Of a DNA stretch of 64,000 nt, positions 21,873 to 32,411 are shown piece by piece. Each line of letters opens with the position of its first letter. Within the stretch, counting starts at the first letter, position 1. Under the pieces are notes generated by a model. The model was given only the letters and a program-made list of their open reading frames with translations. It made no database searches and had not been told where the DNA came from. The DNA comes from an uncultured Chloroflexia bacterium (GTDB lineage Bacteria; Chloroflexota; Limnocylindria; Limnocylindrales; CSP1-4): NCBI GenBank assembly GCA_963720755.1, contig CAVRGP010000002.1:384001-448000 (forward strand), given 5' to 3'. The position numbers were made by a program, and so were the translations under genes.

Positions 21873-22940
21873 TCAGCCGCTGCTCAGGACGTCGGCGAGG
21901 TTGAACCGAACCGGCCGGTCGAGCTGCTCGTAGGTGCAGGACTCCGGGTCACGGTCGGGGCGCCAGCGGACGAACTGTGCGGTGTGCCGGAACCGGACGC
22001 CCTCCATGTAGTCGTAGCGGACTTCGACCACCCGCTCTGGCCGCAGCGGCACGAAAGACAGGTCCTTGCCGGCGTTCCACCGGCTGCCCGCGTTCTTCTG
22101 CGGGGTCCGCTCGCCCTGCTCCTGCGCCGCCCAGTTCCAGGGATGGTCGTCGAAGGTGGTGACCCAGGGCTGTAGCTCCTCGTAAAGCTTCTTCCTGGTC
22201 GCCATTGGGAAGGCGCCGATCACCCCGACCGAGGCGAGGGAGCCGTTTTCGTCGTAGAGACCGAGCAGGAGTGATCCGATGGTCTCGGGTCCGGACTTGT
22301 GGATGCGGTAGCCGGCGACGACGCAGTCCGCGGTGCGTTCGTGCTTGATCTTGCTCATCACCCGCTTGTCGGGTTGATAGCGCAGATCGAGTTTCTTGGC
22401 GATCAACCCATCCAGGCCCGCGCCCTCGAACTCGGAGAACCAGCGCTGCGCCTCGACGACGTCCTGGGTGGCGGGGGTGATGTGAATAGGTGGCTGTGCG
22501 TTCGCCAACGCCTCCTGCAACGCGGCCCTGCGCTCGATCAGCGGGGTTTTCATCAGGTCGTCGTCGCCGATGGCGAGCAGGTCGAACGCGACAAAACTGG
22601 CCGGGGTGGCGGCGGACAGCATCTTGACCCGGCTGGCGGCAGGGTGGATCCGCTGCTGCAGTGCTTCGAAATCGAGGGTGTTGCCCTCGAAGTTCGCCAC
22701 GATGATCTCGCCGTCGATCACCGCCCGGGGCGGGAAGTTGGCCAGCACTGCTTCCACCACCTCGGGGAAGTAGCGGGTCATCGGTTTTTCGTTCCGGCTG
22801 CCGATCTCGACCTCGTCGCCATCGCGGAAAATGATGGACCTGAAGCCATCCCACTTCGGCTCGTACAGCTGGTCCGGCGGGATGGCACTCACCGGTTTGG
22901 CCAGCATGGGTGAGACGGGAGGCATGACGGGTAGCTGCAC
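21873..22940 (-). CDS. ligC: ATP-dependent DNA ligase LigC
   Basis: PVSPMLAK, YEPKWDGFR, DGEI, FDLL, KIKHERTADCVV, RFRH; GTG start at 22940 (the upstream extension in the ORF track is spurious). Confidence 0.92.
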   Translation of the reverse strand: MQLPVMPPVSPMLAKPVSAIPPDQLYEPKWDGFRSIIFRDGDEVEIGSRNEKPMTRYFPEVVEAVLANFPPRAVIDGEIIVANFEGNTLDFEALQQRIHPAASRVKMLSAATPASFVAFDLLAIGDDDLMKTPLIERRAALQEALANAQPPIHITPATQDVVEAQRWFSEFEGAGLDGLIAKKLDLRYQPDKRVMSKIKHERTADCVVAGYRIHKSGPETIGSLLLGLYDENGSLASVGVIGAFPMATRKKLYEELQPWVTTFDDHPWNWAAQEQGERTPQKNAGSRWNAGKDLSFVPLRPERVVEVRYDYMEGVRFRHTAQFVRWRPDRDPESCTYEQLDRPVRFNLADVLSSG

Positions 22941-23115
22941 CCGCCTAGTGTCCCTGTCGTTCGGTGATGCTGCTGATGGTCGGCTGTTCTGTGTCGTCGG
23001 GTCGACTCCCCACCGACTGTGAATCCAGTTCGTGTCAAGAGTCTCGTTCGCCCGCTGAGGCATTGACCTGACCGCGTGATCAGGCAGCGGCCGCCGTTGC
23101 GTGCCCTGCGGAGCC

Positions 23116-23290
23116 GTACAGCAACCAGAACTCCGGTTCGGCGACCGACGGCCGGTGGACCCGCGTGTTACCGAGCCTGAACTGCAGTTTGACGGCGCGA
23201 CCGCCCGCCGCGACGACCGGTCCCAACCGGTGAAACCCAACGCCACCAGCTTGTCGTGGAAGATCTCGGCGCGACCACCGTCCCGCGCCG
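23116..23290 (-). mobile_element. Relic fragment of an IS21-family transposase (IstA)
   Basis: Two frames read RAEIFHDKLVALGFTGWDRSSRRAVA and VKLQFRLGNTRVHRPSVAEPEFWLLY, resembling actinobacterial IstA (recognised from memory, not searched). Confidence 0.6.
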
Positions 23291-23478
23291 CGGAATCGTC
23301 GGCGCGTTCGAATCGACCTGTCGAAGACGTCTCGGGAACGCTGCGGTGGGGGTGTTTTCGTGACAAGTCGATCGGCCCGAGCGGTGGTCGCGAGACCGGT
23401 CGCCGGACATACTGGAGCGGTGTTGACCTGCCCACGCCGACTCGTCTCTGTCCGCAGCGCACCCGCCAGGGCCGGGTC

Positions 23479-23811
23479 GTGACGTCGAGCAAGAAAAAGC
23501 ACCATCCGAGGGTGGTGTCCCCGCCGCGCCCCACCCCACCGGCGGTCATCCGGCCCACGACCACGACCAACACCACCACCACCACCACCACGACAGGATC
23601 GCGGTCGACGAGATCGGTCTGGATCGCGCGGGTCCTCGGTTTGTTCGCCCTCATCGCGGGTATCACGATGACTTTGATCGGTGTGACCCCCGACATCCTC
23701 GGTGGCTGGGGAAAGTTGGGGCTGATGGTGCCCGGGATGGTGCTCGCCGCTGGTGGGTTGATTGCCGTTGTCGAGACGACGTCCTGGGCCAGGAGCAAAC
23801 GCCGACGCTGA
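23479..23811 (+). CDS. Hypothetical two-TM protein with poly-Thr tract
   Basis: Pro/Thr-rich N-terminus (ACC-type repeats at about 23557-23596), two hydrophobic helices, basic C-terminus; start uncertain. Confidence 0.5.
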   Translation: MTSSKKKHHPRVVSPPRPTPPAVIRPTTTTNTTTTTTTTGSRSTRSVWIARVLGLFALIAGITMTLIGVTPDILGGWGKLGLMVPGMVLAAGGLIAVVETTSWARSKRRR

Positions 23812-23819
23812 CGAATCGA

Positions 23820-24798
23820 TCAGCGTCCCGATACCGAGAAGTGCTGGTAGTCAACAGGTCCGGACCAGGTCCCACCCCATGTCCAGCCGCTCGCGGCGAA
23901 CGTTGCGACGGTGGGATCACCCGCCCGGATGACGCCCGACCCCGGAGCCCTGTCCAGGTAGCCGCGGCCCGGTTCCGGCAGCACCAGATCGCCGCTGACG
24001 TAGGGGTTCTGCACCGGGTTGAGGTCGATCGCCGTGCCATAGGAATGCTCGGAGAACCCGCCCCCGCCGGTGACCGGGCGGCAGTTGAACGCGGACGTGT
24101 TGTCAGCTGCCATCGAGGCATCGTCGCTGCCGCCGAAGTCGTCGACCAACCGCATCGACGCGATGGGGTAGCCGGCGCGCGTACAGCGCCTCGAAGATGG
24201 TCGCCACATCGGCGGTCACCGAGGAGGCGACCACCAGTTCGCCGTTGTGGTCGGCGCCGTCGAAGCCCCGGTAGGTCACCGTCAGGTACCGCAGATCCGA
24301 CAGCGGCACCGGGCAGCCGGGCCGCCAGCTGCTGGCCATCCGGTCGGCCAGTGGCCCGTCGATCTCGCTGACCGAGCTGCTGTAGCCGGCCGGTTCACCG
24401 GCACCGGGATCGGTATCACCGACGTCGGCGGGCGGACCCGCGTCGGATGTCGGCCCGGGTTCGCCATCCTGCGCAGGAACCGACCCGGCCGTCGTATCGA
24501 CCGGGCCGGCGGGGTCGTCGGCCGGTGGTGGGGGTATCGACGTGCCGTCCGCGTCGGGTGAGGGGCTGCTGTCGAGGGGGAGGACGCCGCCATCGGTGGC
24601 CTGCTCGCCGTCGGTGGCCGGACCACCTGCACCGGACTGCGCGCCATCGCCGGGCGGTGCCGCTGCGGCCCGGCTGAGGATCGGGTCGGCCTGGCTCGGT
24701 GTGGTCGACACGGTGGTCAGGGTGCTGGCGGCCTGCCCGCAGCCGGCGAGCAACGCGGCCACAGCCACGGCGGCGGCGAGTCGACGTCTGCCTGTCAT
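23820..24798 (-). CDS. M15 family metallopeptidase lipoprotein (frameshift near 24180)
   Basis: Lipobox LAGC; SWRPGCPV..DLRYL; NTSAFNCR, SEHSYGTAIDLNP, WGG.W, DYQHF. Confidence 0.85.
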
Positions 24799-24849
24799 CC
24801 CTCCACGGTCGCACGGGCGGCGCGCTCTTCGCGCCCTACGCTGACCATC

Positions 24850-25818
24850 GTGGCCCACCGATACCCGCCCATCGAGCCCTTCGACCGGGGTCTGCTCGAC
24901 GTCGGTGACGGGCAGCGGATCGGGTGGGAGGTCAGTGGGAACCCCGCAGGCAAGCCCGTGCTTGCCCTGCACGGCGGCCCGGGCGGCGGCAGTTCGCCGC
25001 GGCGGCGACGCTTCTTCGATCCAGACGCCTACCTGCTCGTCCAGTTCGACCAGCGCGGCTGCGGGCGAAGCACCCCGTCGGCGGCGGACTCGAGCACCGA
25101 CCTGGCCACCAACACCACCCACCACCTGATCGCAGACATCGAGCGGCTCCGCGCGCACCTGCGCATCGAACGCTGGCTGGTCTGGGGCGGATCGTGGGGT
25201 GTGACGCTCGGCCTCGCCTACGCCCAGCGGTACCCGGAACGGGTGACGGAGATGGTGCTGGTGTCGGTCACACTGGCCCGGGCCGCGGATGTGCACTGGC
25301 TCTATCACCAGGCGGGGCGGTTCTTCCCCGCGGAGTGGTCCCGGTTCCGGGCCGGCGCCGGCATCGACCCGGCCGCTCCGGACGACGGTGTCGACCTCGT
25401 CGCCCGCTACCACCACCTCCTCAACGTCGACCCCGACCCCGCGGTGCGTGCCCGGGCCGCGCAGGACTGGTGTGACTGGGAGGACGCCGTCGTCTCGCTC
25501 GAGCAGGGATGGACGCCGAACCCGAAGTACCGCGACCCGGCCTACCGGATGGCGTTCGCCAGGTTGTGTGCGCACTACTTCTCGCATGCCGCCTGGTTGG
25601 ATGACGGCGAGCTGCTGCGTGGAGCCCACCGGCTCGCGGGAGTCCCTGGCGTCCTGATCCACGGGCGATTCGACATCGGCGGCCCACCGGACGGAGCGTG
25701 GGAGCTCGCCCGCGCCTGGCCCGGCGCCGAGTTGCACCTGGTCGGAACCGGGCACACCGGAGGCGGCGACATGACGGAGTTGATGATCAACGCGTTGGAC
25801 CGGTTCGGCCGGCCCTAG
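24850..25818 (+). CDS. pip: Prolyl aminopeptidase (proline iminopeptidase)
   Basis: HGGPGG, FDQRGCGRS, NTTHHLIADIE, GGSWG; TACGCT -10 upstream. Confidence 0.9.
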   Translation: MAHRYPPIEPFDRGLLDVGDGQRIGWEVSGNPAGKPVLALHGGPGGGSSPRRRRFFDPDAYLLVQFDQRGCGRSTPSAADSSTDLATNTTHHLIADIERLRAHLRIERWLVWGGSWGVTLGLAYAQRYPERVTEMVLVSVTLARAADVHWLYHQAGRFFPAEWSRFRAGAGIDPAAPDDGVDLVARYHHLLNVDPDPAVRARAAQDWCDWEDAVVSLEQGWTPNPKYRDPAYRMAFARLCAHYFSHAAWLDDGELLRGAHRLAGVPGVLIHGRFDIGGPPDGAWELARAWPGAELHLVGTGHTGGGDMTELMINALDRFGRP

Positions 25819-25849
25819 CTGCCCCGGGGCGGCGGATCGTGCCTCAGAA

Positions 25850-26371
25850 TCAGGACTGGACCGGCTCCGAGAGCGGCTGCGCGGTTTCGGCGGAGATGTC
25901 GCCCAGCGCCGTCAGGTGTCGGCGATCGATCGCCGTGACCTTCCCCACCCGGCGGCGGTACTTCTCCTCGCCACCCGGGCCGCCGAGGTAGTCGGTGCTC
26001 ATCCAGACCCGGACGATGTCCAGGGCGATCGCCGAGCCGATGATCTTGCCGCCCAGGCAGAGTGCGTTGGTGTCGGAGTGCGAGCGGGCGAGCCCGGCGC
26101 AGAACGGGTCCTGGCACACCGCAGCGAAGACACCGCTGACCTTGTTCGCGATCATCGCGCTGCCGTAGCCGACGCCGTCGACGAAGATGCCCCGCTCGAC
26201 CTCGCCGCGGCCGATCGCCAGTGCGGCCGGATACGCGAAATCGGGTAGATCGCAGGCATTCTCGTCGTGGGTGCCGAAGTCGACGACCTCGTGGCCCTCG
26301 CTCTCCAACAGCCGGCGGATCTCCATCTTCAACGAGTACCCGGCATGGTCGTTGGCCATCGCGATCAGCAT
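25850..26371 (-). CDS. RpiB/LacA/LacB family sugar-phosphate isomerase
   Basis: NDHAG, DFGT, DGVGYGS..ANK, ARSHSDTNALCLGG, RRRV; GAGGAG RBS. Confidence 0.88.
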   Translation of the reverse strand: MLIAMANDHAGYSLKMEIRRLLESEGHEVVDFGTHDENACDLPDFAYPAALAIGRGEVERGIFVDGVGYGSAMIANKVSGVFAAVCQDPFCAGLARSHSDTNALCLGGKIIGSAIALDIVRVWMSTDYLGGPGGEEKYRRRVGKVTAIDRRHLTALGDISAETAQPLSEPVQS

Positions 26372-27003
26372 CGCCCGCTCCTCTGACTCGGTTTCGCCGC
26401 GACTGTCGCCTCGGCATGGCCGCGGCGGCGGCGACCCGCCGATCACCGTAGCCGCGCTCGCATCCTGCCGCGTGTCGGCGGACCGCGGAACCGGCCGCTG
26501 ACCGTTGGCGGGGTGAGATGGAAGCGGGGCCCGGCGCAGCGCGCTGGGCCCCGCTGTGCGGTGGGGGGCCCAGGTGAACGCCTCGATGCGCTCACACCGG
26601 ACGCCGGTATGACTCCCGGTCCCGTCGCCGCCATGGAACCCTGCGGTCCCGACTGCGCGACGTCCGCCCGCCGCGCCTGAGAACGAAGCCCGGACCCGCA
26701 TCCGATGTCACGGTCGGGGGAGCGACGGTGATCCGCCGCCGGACGTCCGGTCCAGCTCTCCGGCGCACTCCAGGTTGTTCGGTCCGCCTCGGTGGGTTCA
26801 CCTCAACGGTCGCGTCGCCCTTCGTGTGCCACCTGTCTACTCGTGTCGTTACCTGCTGGCAAGACAGCCGTCACAACTGGATCGATCAACGTGCCACGGC
26901 GTCTACATCGAGTCCGGCGGGTCGTCGGTCGGATGCCTCCGTCCTACGAGCGGGCGGTCGCTCACCGCTGGTCGTCCGCGGGCGAGACGGCACAATGGCC
27001 GGC

Positions 27004-27864
27004 ATGCCGTTGCCGCAGCAGGACACCGCCGTCACGTTCCCGTCCGGCGGGTTGACCGGCCGCAGCGTTGTCGAGTTCATGGAGCCCCGCGACGGACGCA
27101 CCCTGGTGCTCACCCGGCAGACCCCGTTCCACCCGGTGGATCCGCGCTGGCCCGACCAAGGGCCGGACCAGGGCTCGATCGACGTCGACGGCCTGCCGAT
27201 CACCGTGCTGGAATGCATCGTCGGCGCGACCGATGGTGCGGCGCTGTTCGTGGGTGACGACATTCCGGTGCGGCGCGGCGAACCGGGGTGGGCGTTTGTG
27301 GTGGTGCATCTGCTGCCGGACGGCGCCGTCATCGACGAGGGCGACGAGGTGCAGCTCAGCGTGGATCCGGCTTACCGGTCGGCATTGTCGGCCGGGCACA
27401 CCGGTTGTCATCTGGCGGCGATGGCGCTCAATGCGGCGCTGGCCAACCGGTGGCGAAAGCCGGTGCGGGCCGATGGCCTGGGGCACCCGGACTTCGACCA
27501 GCTGGCCATCGTCTCGTCCCGGATCGAGCCTGATCGTGCCGTCGACACCTATCGGATCGGCCGCTCGCTGCGGAAGAAGGGCTTCGATGGCGACGGGCTG
27601 GGCCACGCTCTGCCCGGCATCATCGCCGATGCGAATTCCAGGCTCGCTTCGTGGGTCGCGACCGGCGCGCCGATCGAGGTCCGGGTCAGCGGGCCGGGTC
27701 TGACCGATCTGCGGGAATGGGTCTGTGCACTGCCCAGCGGGACTCAGCAGATCCCCTGCGGCGGAACCCATCTGGGTTCGTTGGCCGAGGTCGACAGCGT
27801 CGCCGTTGCGATCGAGCTCGACGAGGAACTGGGGGAGCTGGTGATGCGGACCTCTGTTCGCTGA
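27004..27864 (+). CDS. AlaX/tRNA-editing-like metal-dependent hydrolase
   Basis: TPFHP..WPDQ, HTGCH, CGGTH zinc motifs; CACAAT -10 upstream. Confidence 0.8.
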   Translation: MPLPQQDTAVTFPSGGLTGRSVVEFMEPRDGRTLVLTRQTPFHPVDPRWPDQGPDQGSIDVDGLPITVLECIVGATDGAALFVGDDIPVRRGEPGWAFVVVHLLPDGAVIDEGDEVQLSVDPAYRSALSAGHTGCHLAAMALNAALANRWRKPVRADGLGHPDFDQLAIVSSRIEPDRAVDTYRIGRSLRKKGFDGDGLGHALPGIIADANSRLASWVATGAPIEVRVSGPGLTDLREWVCALPSGTQQIPCGGTHLGSLAEVDSVAVAIELDEELGELVMRTSVR

Positions 27865-27880
27865 CCGAGGGTGACAGCCA

Positions 27881-29092
27881 TCAGCCGGCCGGCAGAGCCG
27901 CGGTCACCGGTCGCTCCCAGTCGATGTGATACCGCTGTTCGGCCCCCACCAGTCGTTCCGGACGCATCAGGGTCCTGGCCATCAGCGGCATCATCAGGCC
28001 CATCATCCGGGTGGCCATCGGCCCCATCGCCTTGCTGTTGTTGGTTTTCGCGGCCCGCGCAGCGACCTTCTCCACCCGGGTCCGGCGGAGCCGCTCGAAA
28101 GCAGCGAATGCCGTCGCCGGGTCCTTCAGATCCCGAAGGCATTGCGCCAGTTGGACCCCGCTCTCGATGGCCAGGGACGCGCCCTGGCCGGAGCTGGGCG
28201 ACGGGGCGTGCGCGGCGTCGCCCACCAGCACCAGCCGGCCGCGGTGCCAACGCCGCGCGGTCGGCATGATCTCGGTCGAGCCGAAGGCGGCGAAGCTCGC
28301 CGGATCGGTGTGCGCCAGCAGGTCCCGCCCCGGGGTGTCGTCGGCGTAGGCGACCCGGAGTTGGTCGAGCCATTGCGTGGCCGGGATCTGCCGGGCCTGG
28401 GAGAGTGAGATCTGTTGCTGCGATGGCAGATTGCTGAACCAGGCCGTCGTGCCGTCCGGCTGCGACCAGTACCCGAGAAAGCCGCGCCGCCCGAAGGAGA
28501 AGTACATGGCATCGCTTCGAGAAGGAACCGCGGTGGCGGCGGTGGCACCGAAATTCAACAGCGGCACATGGCGGGGTGCGGGAGCCTCTGGGTCGATCAG
28601 GTTTCGTACCGTGGAGTGGATGCCGTCCGCCCCGATCAGCACGTCACCGGTGGCGGTGCTGCCGTCGGCGAATCGGGCGGTCACCCCTGACGGCGATTCG
28701 TCGACACCGACAAGCCTGGTGCTGCTGTGGATCTCGATACCCTCGGCCAGCACCTGATCGCGGAGCACCCCGAACAGATCACTGCGCCAGACCGCCCGGC
28801 TCGGCTCCAGGCCGTCCAGTCCCGGCAGTTCACCGAGCCGGCGGCCCCGGCCGTCGGTCATGATCATGGTGGTCATCGGCAGTCCGATCCCGCGGACCGC
28901 GTCGTCGGCTCCGACGATGCGCAGCGCGTCCAACCCGTTGGGGGCGACGTTCAACATGCCGCCCGGCCCGTCCGGTACGCCGGTGGTCGCCTCGAAGACG
29001 GTGGCCCCGATCCCTGCTCGTTGCAGGGCGAGTGCCGTGACAGGTCCGCCGATGCCGCCGCCGATCACCAGTGCCGTTTTGACGCTGCTCAT
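27881..29092 (-). CDS. FAD-dependent monooxygenase
   Basis: GGGIGG, IGADGIHS, VGDAAH..SPSSGQGAS. Confidence 0.9.
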   Translation of the reverse strand: MSSVKTALVIGGGIGGPVTALALQRAGIGATVFEATTGVPDGPGGMLNVAPNGLDALRIVGADDAVRGIGLPMTTMIMTDGRGRRLGELPGLDGLEPSRAVWRSDLFGVLRDQVLAEGIEIHSSTRLVGVDESPSGVTARFADGSTATGDVLIGADGIHSTVRNLIDPEAPAPRHVPLLNFGATAATAVPSRSDAMYFSFGRRGFLGYWSQPDGTTAWFSNLPSQQQISLSQARQIPATQWLDQLRVAYADDTPGRDLLAHTDPASFAAFGSTEIMPTARRWHRGRLVLVGDAAHAPSPSSGQGASLAIESGVQLAQCLRDLKDPATAFAAFERLRRTRVEKVAARAAKTNNSKAMGPMATRMMGLMMPLMARTLMRPERLVGAEQRYHIDWERPVTAALPAG

Positions 29093-29694
29093 GTCCCACT
29101 CCCGAATCGTGCGGTGTGTTCCTGCCATTGCCTGACGTGTTCCGGGTCCTGCAGACCGGCGATGAGATGGGTGACGAACGTCGACTCCGTTTCCAGCCGC
29201 GCCAGCCGGTAGTCGTCCTCGATCAGGAACAACCAGGCGACGCCGCTCGCCGCGGCGCCGTCCCTGATCGACCGGGTTTGCTCGATGTCGGCGGCCAGCG
29301 ACGCCAGCCTGGTGGTCAGCAGTTCGACGGCTTCCGCCGGTGACAACACCGCGAGTAGCGACAGTGCGACCCCGAACTGCTGATACTCGGGCTGTGGCTC
29401 GGAGACGAGTTCCCGCATCCAGTCGTGCAATTCCGCCCGGCCGCTGTCGGTCAGTGCGTAGACCGTCCGCTCCGGCCGTTGGGTGTCCCGGACCGTCTCC
29501 TGTTCGCCGACGAAACCGGCCTTGCGCAGCTGCTGCACCACCATGTAGAGCGAGCCACGGTTGAACTTGACGCTGCGGTCCATCCCGGTTTCCTGCAGTC
29601 GCCGACCGAGCTCGTAGGGATGCATCGGGCCGGTGACCAGCCAGGCGAGCACGGCCAACGCCAACGGGTTCGCCACCTTGCGCCGTTTCGCCAC
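29089..29694 (-). CDS. PadR family transcriptional regulator
   Basis: PMHPYE, GSLY, RPERTVYALTDSG; overlaps the monooxygenase start (ATGA). Confidence 0.9.
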   Translation of the reverse strand: MAKRRKVANPLALAVLAWLVTGPMHPYELGRRLQETGMDRSVKFNRGSLYMVVQQLRKAGFVGEQETVRDTQRPERTVYALTDSGRAELHDWMRELVSEPQPEYQQFGVALSLLAVLSPAEAVELLTTRLASLAADIEQTRSIRDGAAASGVAWLFLIEDDYRLARLETESTFVTHLIAGLQDPEHVRQWQEHTARFGSGT

Positions 29695-29728
29695 CGTGTC
29701 TCCCGACGTCAAACCCTGTCAATGTGCT

Positions 29729-29772
29729 TAGTTGACATCAACTATCCAGTACCAATTAGTCGATGTCAACTA
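29729..29772. promoter_or_regulatory. Two palindromic operators upstream of padR
   Basis: TAGTTGACATCAACTA (29729-29744) and TAGTCGATGTCAACTA (29757-29772). Confidence 0.8.
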
Positions 29773-29809
29773 TAAGGTGATGACGGCGGCGTGCGGGTGA
29801 TGAATCTGC

Positions 29810-31007
29810 TCAGGCGCCGAAGCCTGGGTCCGCGACATCCTCGGCAGCCTGCAGGACTCGCAGGATGTTGCCGCAGGTCAGCGCCGCCAGGTCGGCGTCC
29901 GACCAGCCGCGGCCCGCCAGCTCGGCCAGCAGGGCGGGGTAGGTGGAGACGTCCTCGAGCCCGACCGGCAGGCTCTCGGTGCCGTCGTAGTCGCCACCGA
30001 GGCCGATGTGCGCGACGCCGGCGACCTCCCTGGCGTGTTCCACGTGGTCGGCCACCTGTGCGAGAGTGGCCGTCGGTTCGGGGTTCTCGGCCTGCCAGGC
30101 GGCGAGTTCGGCCACTGCTGCCGGGTCGAGGTGCTCGCCGGCGTGCTCGGTGTAGATGGTCACCTTGTCCAGCCCCAGCTCGCGGCGCCGCGCGTCCTCG
30201 GCCGCGCCCCGGTCGGCGCAAGCCTGGGAGACGAAGTCCGGCACGAACGTGATCATGATGACGCCACCGTTGTCGGCCAATCGTCGCAGCACCGCATCGG
30301 GAGCGTCCCGTACGTGGTCGGTCAGCGCCCGGCACGACGAATGCGAGAAGATCACCGGCGCCCGTGAGACGTCCAGTGCCGCAGCCATCGTGGCCGGCGC
30401 GACGTGTGAGATGTCGACGATCATGCCGATCCGGTTCATCTCGGCGACCACCTCGCGGCCGAAGTCCGACAGCCCGCCCACCGCGGGAACGTCGGTCGCG
30501 GCGTCCGCCCACGGCACGTTCTGGTTGTGGGTGAGCGTCATGTAGGCAACGCCGAGCCGGCGCAACATCCGCAGCACGCCCAACGAATTGTCGATGCTGT
30601 GCCCGCCCTCGGCTCCGAGCAGGGCCGCGATCCGGCCGTCGGCGATGGTGGCCCGCACCTGGGTGGCCGTGCGGGCGGCCCGGAAGGTCTCCGGGTGTGC
30701 GGCGACAATCCTTGCCACACAGTCGATCTGCTCCAGCGTCGCGGTCACCGCTGCGCCGCCGGGCAGGGTGCCGGGAACGTAGACCGAGAAGAACTGGGCG
30801 CCGACGCCACCGGCCCGCAGCCGCGGGATGTCGGTGTGCAGCAACGGCTGTCGAGTGGTGATGTCGCGCTGCGGCGAAGTCGTAGGCGACCTGTTTGCGC
30901 AGCGCCCAGGCGAGGTCGTTGTGGCCGTCGAACACCGGTGCCCGCCGCAGCAGGTCGGTGATCCGCTGCTCGATGGTCCCGTCGTTGATCACCACGTCGC
31001 TGCCCAT
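29810..31007 (-). CDS. Membrane dipeptidase (M19) (frameshift near 30870)
   Basis: [36 protein letters not shown]. Confidence 0.88.
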
Positions 31008-32227
31008 CACAGCGTCGCCAGTCGTCGGACGGCCTCGTCGATGATCTCGTCCCGTTTGCAGAAGGCGAACCGGACGAACGGTTTGCCGTCGCGCGGGTCG
31101 TCGTGGAACACCTCGTCGGGCACCGCGACGACGCCGGCCCGATGGGGCAGGTCGAGGCAGAACGTCATCCCGTCGTCGTGCCCGAGCGGCCGGATGTCGG
31201 TCATCACGAAGTAGGTGCCCTGCGGCCGGTAGACCCCGAAGCCGGCCGCCGTCAGCCCCGCGCAGAGCCGATCCCGCTTGTCCTGCAGGCTGTTGCGCAG
31301 CTCCCGCACCCACTCCATCTCGGTCAGCAGCGCCTGGGCGACGGCGGGTTGGAACGGCGCCCCGCCGACGTAGGTGAGGAATTGCTTGGCCGCCCGGACC
31401 GCGGCGATCAGCGGGTGCCGGCCCGCAGGCCCAGCCGATCTTCCAACCGGTGGCGTTGAACGTCTTGCCGGCGCTGGAGATGGTGACGGTGCGCTCGGCC
31501 ATCCCGTCGAAGGTGCGCCAGCGGCAGGTGCTCGGCGTCGTCATAGACGAGGTACTCGTAGACCTCGTCGGTGAGCACGATCAGGTCGTGCCGGATCGCG
31601 ACCGCGGCGATGCCGGTCAGGTCCGTCCCGGGTGAGCACGGTGCCGGTCGGGTTGTGCGGGGTGTTGAGGATCAGCAGCCGGGTCCGCGGCCCGACGGCT
31701 GCCTCGAGTTCGTCCAGGTCCAGGGCGAACCGGCCGGTGGCGTCCGGCCGCAACGGCACCGATCGATGGCTGCCGCCGGCCATCGCGACGATCGGCGGGT
31801 ACGAGTCGTAGTGCGGCTCCAGCATCAGCACCTCATCGCCCGGTTCGCAGAGCGCCAGGACAGCCGCCGCCAGGGCCTCGGTGGCGCCGACCGTGACCAG
31901 CACCTCGGTGTCCGGATCGAAATGCTGTCCGTGGTCGCGGAGCCTCGCCTCCGCGATGGCCTGCCGCAGGGCCGGGATGCCCGGCCCGGGCGGGTACTGG
32001 TTGACGCCGTCGGCGATGGCCTGCCGGGCCGCCGCCAGCAGCGACGCCGGCCCGTCGGTGTCCGGGAATCCCTGGCCCAGGTTGATCGATCCGGTGGCCG
32101 TGGCCAGCGCCGACATCTCGGCGAAGATGGTGGTCGTGTACGGCCGGAGCCGGTGCACCAGCGGGTCGGTCAGCCGCGCCGAACGCGCCGTGGCCGGTAT
32201 CGCTGCGGGTTCGGTTGACGTGGGCAT
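31007..32227 (-). CDS. PLP-dependent class I aminotransferase (DapC-like; about three frameshifts)
   Basis: INLGQGFPD, NQYPPG, NTPHNPTG, DEVY, SAGKTFNATGWKIGW, VRFAFCK across frames. Confidence 0.85.
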
Positions 32228-32411
32228 CTGCTATTCCTACCGTGCCGACCGCGATGGCGATCGGGCGGCGGAGGGTGGACCGGCCCCGGCCGGGGAACAA
32301 TGACGCCATGAGTACCACCGAATCAGAGTCGCACGCAGACGCCCCCGCGCAGAGCCGGCGGCGCCGGCGTCGATCGGTGGAACGGCCGGTGCACCGCCAC
32401 CGCGCCGAGCC

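Noticed and set aside
21873-23798. 641-aa LigC with a long N-terminal extension
   Set aside because: LigC homology starts at GTG 22940; the extension is a chance open frame across an IS relic and the antisense of another ORF.
27881-29722. 613-aa monooxygenase ORF
   Set aside because: The upstream portion overlaps padR in another frame; the true start is 29092.
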